DNA of 64,000 nucleotides from Macrostomum lignano (Eukaryota), in NCBI GenBank assembly GCA_002269645.1, contig NIVC01002040.1:146251-210250 (forward strand), written 5' to 3'. The position numbers were made by a program, and so were the translations under genes. Below the pieces are notes generated by a model. It had not been told where the DNA came from and searched no databases. It worked only from the letters and a program-made list of their open reading frames with translations. Of the stretch, positions 1-12,400 are shown piece after piece (the first letter of the stretch is position 1; each line of letters opens with the position of its first letter).

Positions 1-1887
1 GCCTCTGCCTACTGCAGAACGATCTGTGCCCGCTGCAGCTGTCCCGCCACGTGCTCAAGTATCTGCTAGGCCGGCAGTTGCACTTCCACGATATGGCATT
101 TTACTGTCCCACTACATACGAGAGCCTGCGACAGTTGCTACTGTACGCTGAGACTGAGCCGGACACTCTGGCCGCTCTGGAGCTCACATTCACTGTCGAC
201 CTGCGCGCAGAAGAGGGCGGCGGTACCCATCCGCTGATTCACAATGGGCACCAGGTTAGTTATGTGCTGATTATTCGAAGCATTTATCATATTTTAAAGG
301 TTGATTGAAGGTCAAGTGTAGATATTATTAGAGATCGTTTCAAGGTCAAGAAACTACTTGGGCTGATTAAACGACAAAAAATGCGATTGTAATTCATTAA
401 GCGACGCCATATTGCACTTTACACGCATCCCAGAATCACTTGAGTCATCCCAGAGTCGCTTGAATCATCACAGAGTCACTAGAGTCATCAAAGTAGCACT
501 AGAGTCATCCCAGAGTCACTAGAGTCATCCCAGAGTCGCTTGAGTCATCCCAGAGTCGCTTGAGTCATCCCAGAGTCGCTTGAGTCATCCCAGAGTCGCT
601 TGAGTCATCACAGAGTCACTTGAGTCATCCCAGAGTCGCTTGAGTCATTCCAGAGTCGCTTGAGTCATCCCAGAGTCACTTGAGTCATCCCAGAGTCACT
701 TGAGTCATCACTGAGTCACACGAGTCATCCCAGAGTCACTTGAGTCATCACACAGTCACTTGAGTCATCACTGAGTCACTAGAGTCATCAAAGTAGCACT
801 AGAGTCATCCCAGAGTCACTAGAGTCATCCCAGAGTCGCTTGAGTCATCCCAGAGTCGCTTGAGTCATCACAGAGTCACTTGAGTCATCCCAGAGTCGCT
901 TGAGTCATCACAGAGTCACTTGAGTCATCCCAGAGTCGCTTGAGTCATTCCAGAGTCGCTTGAGTCATCCCAGAGTCGCTTGAGTCATCCCAGAGTCGCT
1001 TGAGTCATCACAGAGTCACTTGAGTCATCCCAGAGTCGCTTGAGTCATCCCAGAGTCGCTTGAGTCATCACAGAGTCACTTGAGTCATCCCAGAGTCGCT
1101 TGAGTCATCCCAGAGTCGCTTGAGTCATCACAGAGTCACTTGAGTCATCCCAGAGTCGCTTGAGTCATCCCAGAGTCGCTTGAGTCATCCCAGAGTCACT
1201 TGAGTCGTCCCAGAGTCGCAGACAATACAACGCCTGAACTTGACTCTGATCTTAGGAGACTCTTTGACGACGTCTCTGAGAACGTAGGGCTCATCGGTTT
1301 CATCGTAGGGTATCATTTGAAGGTCAATTGATATTAAACCGTCTCACCACCCGCAGACCTACGTAAACAAGACCAACGTGCAAGAATACGTGACAAAAAT
1401 ATGCGAATACAAGCTGCTCAAAGCTGCTCAAGAGCCGCTAGAACAGCTCCGATTGGGCCTGTTCGACGTGCTGCCACGGACGGCGCTGGACGGCCTGACC
1501 TCTGAAGACTTCCGCCTGCTGCTCTGCGGCGTCGGCGAGATCGACCTGTGCGCTCTGCAGCGCTACACCAGCTTCAACGATGAGTCCGGAGAGCCAGCCG
1601 ATCGGGTGCTCCGGTTCAAAAAATGGTTCTGGTCTGTGGCAGCCAAGCTCACTCATCAGCAGCGTCAGGACCTGCTGTACTTTTGGACTTCCAGTCCGGC
1701 TCTGCCAGCCAGCGCTGAAGGCTTCCAGCCGATGCCCAGCGTAACTGTGCGGCCTGCGGAGGACAACCACCTGCCCACTGCTAACACCTGCATCAGCCGG
1801 CTGTACATTCCGCTGTACAGCAGCAAGACTGTGCTGCGGGCTAAGCTGCTGCTGGCCATCCACACCAAGGGGTTCGGCTTTGTTTGA
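1..1887 (+). CDS. UBR5: UBR5/hyd-type HECT E3 ubiquitin ligase, last two coding exons (<1..254 and 1357..1887); 5' part lies outside the window
   Basis: Spliced translation [24 protein letters not shown]...GHQ|[11 protein letters not shown]...[25 protein letters not shown]...[20 protein letters not shown]...KGFGFV* matches the UBR5 C-terminus as I recall it, incl. catalytic Cys in PTANTC. Donor cag|gttagt at 254/255, acceptor ccgcag| at 1356/1357, phase 0. Confidence 0.95.
427..1219. repeat. 20-bp intronic minisatellite (TGAGTCATCCCAGAGTCGCT)n, ~39 units
   Basis: Direct tandem units inside the UBR5 intron 255..1356. Confidence 0.95.
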
Positions 1888-1924
1888 GACCCAACTCACT
1901 GACTGTTTGACTGCCCCCGAGATC

Positions 1925-2460
1925 TCCTGTCTCACCCTGTCCTGTCGCATCCTCTCCTGTCTCATCCTCTCCTATCTCATCCTGTCCTATCTCATCATCT
2001 ATTTAATCATCTCCTATCTTATCCTCTTATCTCACCCTCTTCTATCTCATCATCTCCTATCTCATCATCTCCTATCTTATCCTCTTATCTCACCCTCTTC
2101 TATCTCACCCTCTTCTATCTCACCCTCTCCTAATCCCACCCTCTTCTAATCTCACCCTGTCCTATCTCATCATCTATCTCACCCTCTCCAATCTCACCCT
2201 ATTTCATCCTCTCCCATCTCATCCTCCTATCTCATCATCCTCCTATCTCATCATCTCCTATCTTATCCTCTTATCTCACCCTCTTCTATCTCACCCTCTT
2301 CTATCTCACCCTCTCCTAATCCCACCCTCTTCTAATCTCACCCTGTCCTATCTCATCATCTATCTCACCCTCTCCAATCTCACCCTATTTCATCCTCTCC
2401 CATCTCATCCTCCTATCTCATCATCCTCCTATCTCACACTCTCCTATCGCACCCTCTATC
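1925..2460. repeat. Degenerate CT-rich low-complexity repeat (CTATCTCA(T/C)CCT-like) downstream of UBR5 stop
   Basis: Pyrimidine-rich short units with an internally duplicated block; produces spurious LSY/ISP ORFs. Confidence 0.85.
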
Positions 2461-3329
2461 TCTATACATCTCATTACCCGTCAGCGATCCCGCCACACTC
2501 AATGTTCAATCAACACAAAAGCCGAAAGCATAAAACTCAGACTAACATTGTCAAAATTATAATTGTCTCAGTTCATGTGGTGGCCGCACCTGTTGCTCTA
2601 TATATTTTTGTTAATCTAATTTGCAGTTTTATGACTTACAATCGTTTCCTTTATAACATGATCTACTCTCGATGGCATTGTCGCGTGTGTGTTCCACTGC
2701 CGCTTGAACCTTTTTGTGCTTTTTTGTTGTTCTCTTAATTTCATACGATGTGTGCTTACTAATAGTAAGTATTTGTAATATTAATGATTAATAATTATTA
2801 ATCATAATACTACTTATAAATCACTACATAAAATGGTTCTAATTTAACAAGCACCAATATTACCACTATTTGAATATTAGTAAGTGTCCAATGTGTGTAA
2901 TTTCTTGATTAAGTTTGTTTGCATATTAAATATTGGTATAATTGAGATTCTGGAATTAATTAATTAACAACAGAATGTGTTAGCAACAAACATCATTTAT
3001 TAACATATTGCTGAAATTTAAACATGCGAAAGAAGCATTGAAATTAATTTGAATAACCTGTTCCACTGTTGTCTGGTTTGCTTACAATTGCACACCCCTT
3101 TTATGTTATATGTCTGTTCTTTTATGACCCAAACCCCCATGGCCCTTTTCCTGTTTGTCACCCCGCTTGTCTGTGTGTTTTTTATTCGGTTTAAATAAAA
3201 GGCCATCGGATCTGCTTTGTTATAATAATTATAATTACTGATATAAGTTGTGCGCCTGCAGTAACACACTTGGATTGTAATTGTGTTCGATTAATTTTAC
3301 TCTTACTGCGCGTTCCCCTTCATTTTCTC

Positions 3330-3830
3330 ACCCTGTCTACGTTCCTATGTCCTTCCTATTTCCCATCTCACCATCTCTTATCTCGCTATCTCCTATCTCA
3401 CCCACTTCTATCTCACCCTCTCTTATCTCAACCTCCTATCTCACCCTTTCTTATCCTATCTCATCCTCTTCTATCTCATACTCTCCTATCACACGTCCCC
3501 TCCTACCTCATTTTTATCTCACCCTCTATTTCATTGTCGCCTATTCACCCTCACCTGTCTTATCATCCTATCTCACCCTTTCCTCTCTCACCCTTTCCTA
3601 TCTCACCCTCTCCTCTCTCACCCTTTCCTATCTCACCCTCTCCCTCTCACCCTTTCCTATCTCACCCTCTCCTCTCTCACCCTTTCCTATCTCACCCTCT
3701 CCCTCTCACCCTTTCCTATCTCACCCTCTCCCTCTCACCCTTTCCTATCTCACCCTCTCCTCTCTCACCCTTTCCTATCTCACCATCTTCTATCTCATGC
3801 TCTCCTTTCTCACCATCCAATCTCGCCATC
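3330..3830. repeat. CT-rich ~29-30-bp minisatellite (TCTCACCCTCTCCTCTCTCACCCTTTCCTA)
   Basis: Visible tandem units 3570-3790; same motif family as 1925-2460. Confidence 0.85.
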
Positions 3831-4685
3831 TACGATTTTATCTAACTCGAAAGTCTACCCAGAGTGTGGAACATTTCAATTGAGAACTGTGAGAGCCCAC
3901 AAACTGCTTGTTAAACGTGCATTTCTACATTATTGCAGTCAACGTTTAGGCTTGGACGTAGGCCGATTGCCCGAGGCTGTTGCTAGGGCAGGTGTGAGCC
4001 ATATACAATTTTGACAGACAGGCGTTAATGAGAATTGAGTATTTGGTATTAATCATTATTTTGAGGCTTCGTAATGGGCTAGAATTCTGAGTTAGATTGA
4101 AGGATTACATGTAAACACCCTTGATTTAAGCCTAATAACTAACACTAATAATTGCGACACGTGTTCTGCGGAGAGATATTTCAGTGGAAATATACTACTT
4201 GAATTATAGCAGTTTCAAAATAAGTAGCATAATACGAAACATACACATTTTATAGCCGATTTAATTTCATTGTCGAATAAAAGCCCTCTTTGTGGTGCCG
4301 AAATTCAATCTCAGATACGTTGCTAACCATGCAGAGCTACGCTACTTTTTGCTGTCTCAGTCTTGAACCGTGGAACAAAACTTGATACTGTTTTAAGGGC
4401 CGCAGCTGCAGCCTATTGAGGAAGCAATCAGTGAGAGTGCATGCAAGTAGGAAATTAGCTTGCATTTTTATTGCGGTGTCCATTTCCAAATTTGGAAACT
4501 ATGGAGGGAACTCGCGGCGATCGGAGACGGCGAGATTGATAGTCAAGTCAAAGAAAGTGCCAATCGAGCTGATTGCTTCTGCAATGTCCAGCTGATAGAA
4601 ATCAAATTTCCTATTAATATTTTTATGATCGCTGAAGAGTTTACACCTGGAGGTAAAATTAATTAATTGCAAAGTCAAATTCGAC

Positions 4686-4717
4686 TATAAATTCTATGCT
4701 AAAACTTGTGTCAGAAT
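4686..4717 (+). promoter_or_regulatory. Candidate core promoter (TATAAA 4686-4691 + Inr-like TCAGAAT 4711-4717) of the secreted Cys-rich gene
   Basis: TATA starts 27 nt before the A of an Inr-like motif; ATG follows at 4762. Confidence 0.5.
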
Positions 4718-4761
4718 TTGCTTTAACTGTTATTCTGCAAATCGACCAGACTACCATAGCC

Positions 4762-5370
4762 ATGAGGATCACCATCGCAGCTCTTCTCCTAGTAGCAGCC
4801 GCCGCAACAGTGCTTGTGGACCCTGTCACTGCCAGAGTAGGTCTGAGAAGATTTCTCCGCCTGCGCGACATCTGGAGAAGCCGGCGGGATATCAGCTGCC
4901 GGTCGCAGCTCACGGTCTCAATAAAAACACTGCGCCAGTGCGTCAAAGGCCAGTGCAAACCGATGACCAACAGGAAGCAGAGAATCAGCTGCAAAGTCAA
5001 CTGCTTCCACTGGTTCCTGCTGGGCACGCAGCAGAGAGGCGAGGCCTACAACAGTCTGGTGCAGAAGGCCGGCTGCGACACCAAGAGAATCCGCAAGATG
5101 CGCCGGTGCCGACGCGATGCAGTGAAGACGGCGGCAGGCGCGCAGCTGGAGCTCAGCCAGCTGCAGAAGTACAACGTGCTGGTGTGCCAGTTGCAGTGCC
5201 CCGGCGGCCTGCCCGCTGCCGTCTGCACCGCCAACTGCCAGCTCAGTCAGCTGGTTGGCGCCGAGGCCTACAAGAAATTCTCCGACTGCTTCGCTAAGAA
5301 AGCCTGCGCCCAGAAGTCGGAAGGTGCCGAGCTCGATTCCTGCCGACGGCAGTGCCTTAACAAGTGCTGA
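4762..5370 (+). CDS. Intronless secreted cysteine-rich cationic protein precursor, 202 aa, family not recognised
   Basis: MRITIAALLLVAAAATVLVDPVTA is a signal-peptide-like N-terminus, followed by a basic propeptide ending RSRR and a mature part with 16 Cys. GC-rich codons like the neighbouring genes; TATA upstream, AATAAA at 5445-5450. Confidence 0.8.
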   Translation: MRITIAALLLVAAAATVLVDPVTARVGLRRFLRLRDIWRSRRDISCRSQLTVSIKTLRQCVKGQCKPMTNRKQRISCKVNCFHWFLLGTQQRGEAYNSLVQKAGCDTKRIRKMRRCRRDAVKTAAGAQLELSQLQKYNVLVCQLQCPGGLPAAVCTANCQLSQLVGAEAYKKFSDCFAKKACAQKSEGAELDSCRRQCLNKC

Positions 5371-7357
5371 TTTTTGCGGTCTGAGAACAGCAACAACATA
5401 CTTAATTCTCTACTGTCAGTAGAGAATGTTGGTTTTGGTGGTTAAATAAATTTAACATAGAGGATAGTGAAATCTTCGGTGAAAAAATATAAAATTGAAA
5501 CGCCAAGGTCCCCAAGTCAGGTTCCTGATGTTTAAGCAACAAGTTCGATTCGTTTTGTTATTCCAAGCCAAGCCTTCAGCAGGGCAATACACACACATGT
5601 CTGCTCTCGTGCAGCAAGCCAGCCACTCGATGTGGAGTGAAGGCCAACAATCGGTTTTTCTGTTTTTTTATCCGCGATTAAAAAAAACTAAAAAAATTCG
5701 GCCGAAAAACACAAAGCTATCAAGTATTGGAACTCTTCTCGAACTGAGTCGGAGTGATTTGATATGCATAATAAATAAGCAAAACGGAACTAATTGTATA
5801 TGTTTAAGAAAACAGGAAAAACTTCACTTTGTGTGCGAAAGGGGATTTTCATGATGAGAATGATAATTAACAGGAAAATAAATATATAGTCAGGCAACAG
5901 ACTCGTTGAAAGTGTAATCTGCATCCAATTGATTATACAACTGTGTACTGAAAAACCGAGGAGAATTCCTATATTTAAGCTAAAAGCTACATACATACTG
6001 AAAACAAAAGCAAAGCAGGCAAGCTAAAAGAACACAGTTGCAGGGAGTTGGGGAAAGCTGATTGCGGAGAAAGCAGGCCAGTAAATCTATTGAATTTAAG
6101 TGTACTTATAAGAGCGCTAGCTTGGTTCTTTGCAAAGTTGCGGTTAAATAGTATAATTATTACTGATTAAGTGTTGGATGCGTACGGGTTTTTTTATACA
6201 TTGGCTTGGCGTAGTAAGGCGCTGGTTGACTGTGTTGGTGGAATTAAAGCGGATTGGGGGTAGAAAGAGATAGATAAGGCGGCGGACAAACCAACGTACA
6301 TTCAGGCAAGGCAATGTACATTCTAAAAAATCTCGTCCCCCCCCTAGTGTGTGGAAAGGCGCAAGATAAGAGGTCTGTTTGGCTAATAGGGGGGAAGGAA
6401 TTACCACGAAGAATAGGGGGGGGGGGTTGAAATTTTATTGCTTAAATGCCCGGGATTAACAGAGAATGTACATACACAGCCCCATGTACATCAAGCCCTC
6501 AGAGCACAAACAAAAAACAAGCCAAGCCAAGCCAAGCCAAAGTCATTTAAAAAACGCAGCGCACTTTTTAAAGCATAAGAGAAGCGAAATTACAGACAGC
6601 AGAAATAAAAGCTCCAAACTCCACTGCTGAAAAGTGACTGGAAAGTTGTGTTTGCGTTTTGCTGACTTGGATTTTCAAAACTCAAAAAGCGAAAAGTTTT
6701 AATTTGAAGACAAATTCGGTTGTGCAACAATTATTAGACAGACACCGACTGATGCAACTGATTAATCAAAATCGATAGGTAAAATTAATTAAACAGCACA
6801 ACATCGATTAAAAAATCAATAGATAAAGGCGGTTTCGAAAAAAAAACTTCTCACATGGCGACTCAAAAGTGATAAATAATTCTTAATGAACATAATCAAT
6901 TGGTAGTTAATATTCAAGCCTAGTGCTTACGTAATTCAACAAAATACGATTTTTATCACTTGATAGAGCACCTACAAGTGTACACTCCCGACGCGAACAT
7001 GTTTACTTTACTACTATCGCTTTTGTTCTGTAAAGTAGCATGAAAGCGTATAACAAATAAAAATAGAACTGATATAAATTAACCAAATACTACTTTCCGA
7101 GAACATTAGCCAGCAGTAGTAGCAGTTGCATGCAATTAGAAGATACAAAACCTGAGTAGAATTACAAATTTGATCGAATTTTATTTACTTAATTCAAGTT
7201 ATTAATAGTAAAAGCAAACACAAAAAACATGCCTGTGAAACGCTGAGATATAATAGCTGATATTATTTAGTTTTTAGTCACTAAAATACATCAGACAGGT
7301 GCATTGTGCATAAAAATATGATTATAGTTAGGGTTGATTCCACACACACATTAGGGA

Positions 7358-9256
7358 TTAAGCTTCGTAGTCCGCCTCTGCATCGGCAATTGGGAAGGCA
7401 TCCGCTCTGGACAGATTCGTGTGGACAACAAACGATTGAGGCCGGCTGCCACCAGAGGTCAGCGGTTCGCTGTCGCCGTCCAGGGGCGGCTGCTGTCGGC
7501 TGTTCACCCGGCTGAGACGGCCGCCACCACTGCCGCTGCCGCCGCCTCCGACAAGGCTTTGAATGCTGCGCATTAGCTGCGATTGGTGCAGATTGTCCTG
7601 GGGTGTGCGTGCGGTCAGATCAGAGGTTATGCGAATTGTAGGGATTTATAATTTGGCGGCGAGATCAAAGACTGTACTAAAACACGTAGAGGGATTTATA
7701 ATTTGGCGGCGAGATCAAAGACTGTACTAAAACACGTAGAGGCATTTATGATTGGCGGCGAGATCAAAGACTACTAAAACACGTAGAGATATTTATGATT
7801 GGCAGCGAGATCAAAGCCTACTAAAACAAGTAGAGGGATTTATAATTTGGCGGCGAGATCAAAGACTGTACTAAAACACGTAGAGGGATTTATAATTGGG
7901 GGTAAGATCAAAGTAAGCAAATAAATATGTACATATTTTTAAACAAAAATTCAATTAATACATGTTGATGAAGTGGCTCACCTGCGAGTTGCGGTACAGG
8001 TAAGGAGCGTATCGCCTTGGCGCGATGGGACTCGGTTCCCGTTGTTCATCAGCCTCTCCAGCGTCATCTTCGCTGCGCTTCGGTCGCACAGGTTGAATGT
8101 AGATGTCGCGCACAGCTCGGAACTGGCCGCAATTGTTCAGGTGTTCGTTTTCTAAGCGGAAAAAATTCCAGACAAAACGTCTAGTGACTTCGAGTACGCC
8201 CATTACGGAGGCTAGCACCTGCAATTTGTTTTGGGTGAATACGATGGATTAAATTTATTAACTTTTCACTTTCAGGTTCACTTAACGATACTGTGAGTTT
8301 AGGTCAGGGTCAATTAAGGTCAGGTTCACTTCTTAAGGATATGAATGATTTTAGGTCCGGGTCAATTAAGGTCAGGTTCACTTAAGGATATGGCGATTCT
8401 AGGTCAGGGTCAATTAAGGTCAGGTTAACTTCTCAAGGATATGACGATTCATGTCAGGGTCAATTAAGGTCAGGTCCAAATAAGGATACAATGACTTAAG
8501 GGCGGGGTCATTTAAGGTCAGCCATCTGAGAGCAGGCTCATCTGACCCCTGAGCATTGGGTGGGTCATTTGAGGTCAGACAAAAAAGGAAGGAACAGGGC
8601 TTACCTGCTGGTTAATAGCGGTTTGAAATTTCAGTCCAATAGTTAAAGCCCAGGTAAGACGCAGCACCAGGTCTTCAACCATTGCGGCGTAGTAGACCCA
8701 GGTGCGAGTGTACACTAATTCGTCTCTGAGCAGCTGTCCATCCTTGGGCCGGTCTAGCAGGCCCCAGTCCATCAGAATGTCCCAGGCGTAGCAATAGACT
8801 GTGGCCACCATAGACAAAATGATGAACACCACTAGGGGCGCGGTGGCTGCTCGGGGCGATAGGAATGGGGGTTCTAGCGTTGCATTGCCTGGCTTCAGGT
8901 AGAGTACCTCTCCAATTCCCACTCTACTCCCCATATCAGCCTCTCCTCTCCCCATCTCCTCTCTCATATCCTCTCCTAGTCTCATCTTTCCTCACAGACT
9001 CACCGTTAGTCAGCTGATAGCAGACGGCGCTGATAGTAACCAGAAAGGTCATACTGTACTTTCCAGCATTGACCATATGCGGAAACAAGTGCCTCTCCTT
9101 CATATCGTAGTACCGACGGATGCACTGAGCAAAACGGAACCAAGCCGGCAGGCATTTAATTAGCGGGGTCAGGCCGAACATGATGCTTGAGCAGAGACTG
9201 CCCCGGTCTGCGAGATTTTTAGTGTACATACTTACTGTTAAATGGATACAGATATG

Positions 9257-9328
<72 letters not shown>

Positions 9329-9333
9329 GATTG

Positions 9334-9421
<88 letters not shown>

Positions 9422-12400
9422 GTAGATATAGATCACATCGCTATATATAATAGTCTATAATAATAATAATAAAGCAGACCCTAGGATACTTGAAAACTAA
9501 GCAGAAACTCACTGAAAGCCTCAGTTGCCATGACAACCGTAGAATTAGCGCCAGGCGCTCCTAACGGCGTAAACCCGGCGCCCCAATTAATTTGAGTAGC
9601 GTAGAAGCAAAAGAAGAATTCGACATCAACGAACAGGATTGCCAGACTATTGAGCTGATCGGCCAGCCAGAAATCAGCAAACATTACCGGATGCAAAGGG
9701 GCCGTGAATATGCGGAACTGAAATTTGAGCAAATTTTACGCATGTGAGTTCAGTTCCTTAGCGTAACCTTAAAGAATTAGATGCCACTATTAAGTATGTC
9801 ACGCTAGCCACTTAAATGTGGCACTATCACCATTGATGGTCACACTGGATAGTGACACAAGTGTGACTAATAATCCTGACACTGTCACAATTGATGGTCA
9901 CACTGGATAGTGACACAAGTGTGACTAACAATCCTGACACTGTCACAATTGATGGTCACACTGGATAGTGAAACAAGTGTGACTAATAATCCTGACACTG
10001 TCACAATTGATGGTCACACTGGATAGTGAAACAAGTGTGACTAATAATCCTGACACTGTCACAATTGATGGTCACACTGGATAGTGAAACAAGTGTGACT
10101 AATAATCCAGACACTGTCACAATTGATGGTCACACTGGATAGTGAAACAAGTGTGACTAATAATCCAGACACTGTCACAATTGATGGTCACACTGGATAG
10201 TGAAACAAGTGTGACTAATAATCCTGACACTGTCACAATTGATGGTCACACTGGATAGTGAAACAAGTGTGACTAATAATCCTGACACTGTCACAATTGA
10301 TGGTCACACTGGATAGTGAAACAAGTGTGACTAATAATCCTGACACTGTCACAATTGATGGTCACACTGGACAGTGACACAAGTGTGACCATTCATCCTG
10401 ACATTGTCACAATTGATGGTCACACTGGACAGTGACACAAGTGTGACCATTCATCCTGACATTGTCACAATTGATGGTCACACTGGACAGTGACACAAGT
10501 GTGAAAGTGACCAACAGACTTGTCATAGTCACAATTAGCGTTCACACAAACGAGATGCGACTATATGATGACCATATACAGTAATATTACCATGGCAACA
10601 GCATAGCAACAACATAATTAGTCATAATTTACCAATACTCGACGCAACCAACGCCTAGACTTGTACTGAAACACAGGCAGCGGATTGAGCAAATATATCG
10701 GCATAAACAGGCAGACAAGCAGCGGTGCAGCATAGCTTGGAAAGCCATTTAACCAGCTGGAGAATAGAAACAATTGAAGCGAGCCGGCCCAAACAACAGC
10801 AAATATGCCGCTAATCTGCATAATTTCAGTATGGTTGAGATGGTCACGCGGATCGATCTCAAATATTAGCACGTGATTGACGCCGGCCATACGCCAACCG
10901 TAGGTATTGACGCCAAGATAGAACAGAAACAGCGGCACTAGAAATGTGCTCCGATAGAGTCGAAGCCCCGGCTCCCAAGGCAATATCGTGTCGCCAAGGT
11001 AAATAACAGCCAAGATTGCCGTTAACAATTGGACAACAAAAATTCCGAAGCAGAAACCAACAAGGAATGTTGTCCACGGGTTTTCCTGCGGGTGGGATAA
11101 TTGACAAAACCTGTTGATCAAACCAAGCCGGTTGGAGTCGATCTACAAGCCCCCAGGCCATTTTTTGTGCACGTGCTCAAATTTAATGTACGTGGTCGCT
11201 AACGAGATCACGTCCAAAAGATAGCCTCATCTAGTAAACTGTAGAAGTTGAGCTCAAGAGTAAGTAGCTCAGTGGTCTGACTCATATCAAGAACCCCTAA
11301 TTCGATTCCGTGCGCGACCACATTTGGTTTGGGGTTTGTGTGCAAAAAATTGGCAAGCTGGGTTGCTATGCGATTCAAATCCATGAGGGTCAACCCCAAA
11401 GCACAGTGTACACATGCTTGACAATTAGAACATCAGGGCCGCTGTACACCCCGTGTGAGTGTTGTATAAGTGCGTGCCTGTGTACTCGTACAGTATTGGC
11501 GCGCTTGCATGTGCTCAGGAGTCAGCGGAATGGACAGAATTCCTTCACCACTGGATGTGGGGCGATGTCGTCGATAACGTTGCCCCAGGGCGCCCACAGC
11601 AATCATTTACTACTATTACTAACTACTTCCGATTTTGAGATGATGCCAAATTGAAATAGAAGATAATAGTGCACTTATTTCTTTTATTTCAATTCTTTAA
11701 GACTTGCGCCAAACACAGTGAAAGCAAGAAATTCCAAATTAAAACACCTTAATGGGCTCTGTAGTGTGCAGAATGTAACGCCGAATGTAAGTCTCCAATT
11801 TGCAGGAATTCTCCGGCAAAGCCCAGGTAGATTCAAAGTCTCGCCTATCCGGCGGCAGGCAATTAGTAGACAGGTATTGCAAAGTGTCTAAACGGCTGCC
11901 ACGCCTGTCCAATACGTCGAAAGCAACAACCGGTGTGCCCTGGTCAGTTGTGCTAGCGAGACGTCGGCGCTTCAAGTAGAGTTCATCTTCATTGTCGTCC
12001 TCATCATCGTCGCCATCGTAGAAGTAGTCTTTGTCTCGTTTTTTAACGTCGTCAACCCTGATGCTGTTCGATCGCCAATGTCGCTGCAAGAGAAGCTGAC
12101 AGGCCGACGTCAGCGACACAGGCGGAAGCGCCGGCTGCGTCGGCGGTGCCGGCTCAAAAATAATAGACGGCACATTTAGAGACTTTTTTGGCGAGTCTGG
12201 CGACGATGGTTCCTCCTCGATTGCGGGATGCTCCTCTAGACGGTGGATATTGGGAAAGCTAGACAGATGTCGATAATCAGTAGTTTCGGAGCGCAGACGC
12301 TGCCGTGTAAAAGAATTTACCCGACTGCGATACTCTCCACTCTCGTAGCTGTCAACATTGACGCCGCTGGTGGCCCGGCAAGATTCCGACACATTGCGAG

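Noticed and set aside
4696-4761. Upstream ATG extending the secreted protein to 224 aa
   Set aside because: It lies between the TATA box and the Inr-like site; the signal-peptide-like sequence starts at ATG 4762.
9831-10505. CRISPR-like array (palindromic repeat, regular period); likewise the 32-bp (17912-19640) and 37-bp (54030-54675) arrays
   Set aside because: No unique spacers (units are contiguous near-identical copies), no cas genes, eukaryotic intron-containing context.
11208-11620. Second small nested ORF region downstream of the 336-aa ORF
   Set aside because: Frames broken by stops; no recognisable motif or splice pattern.
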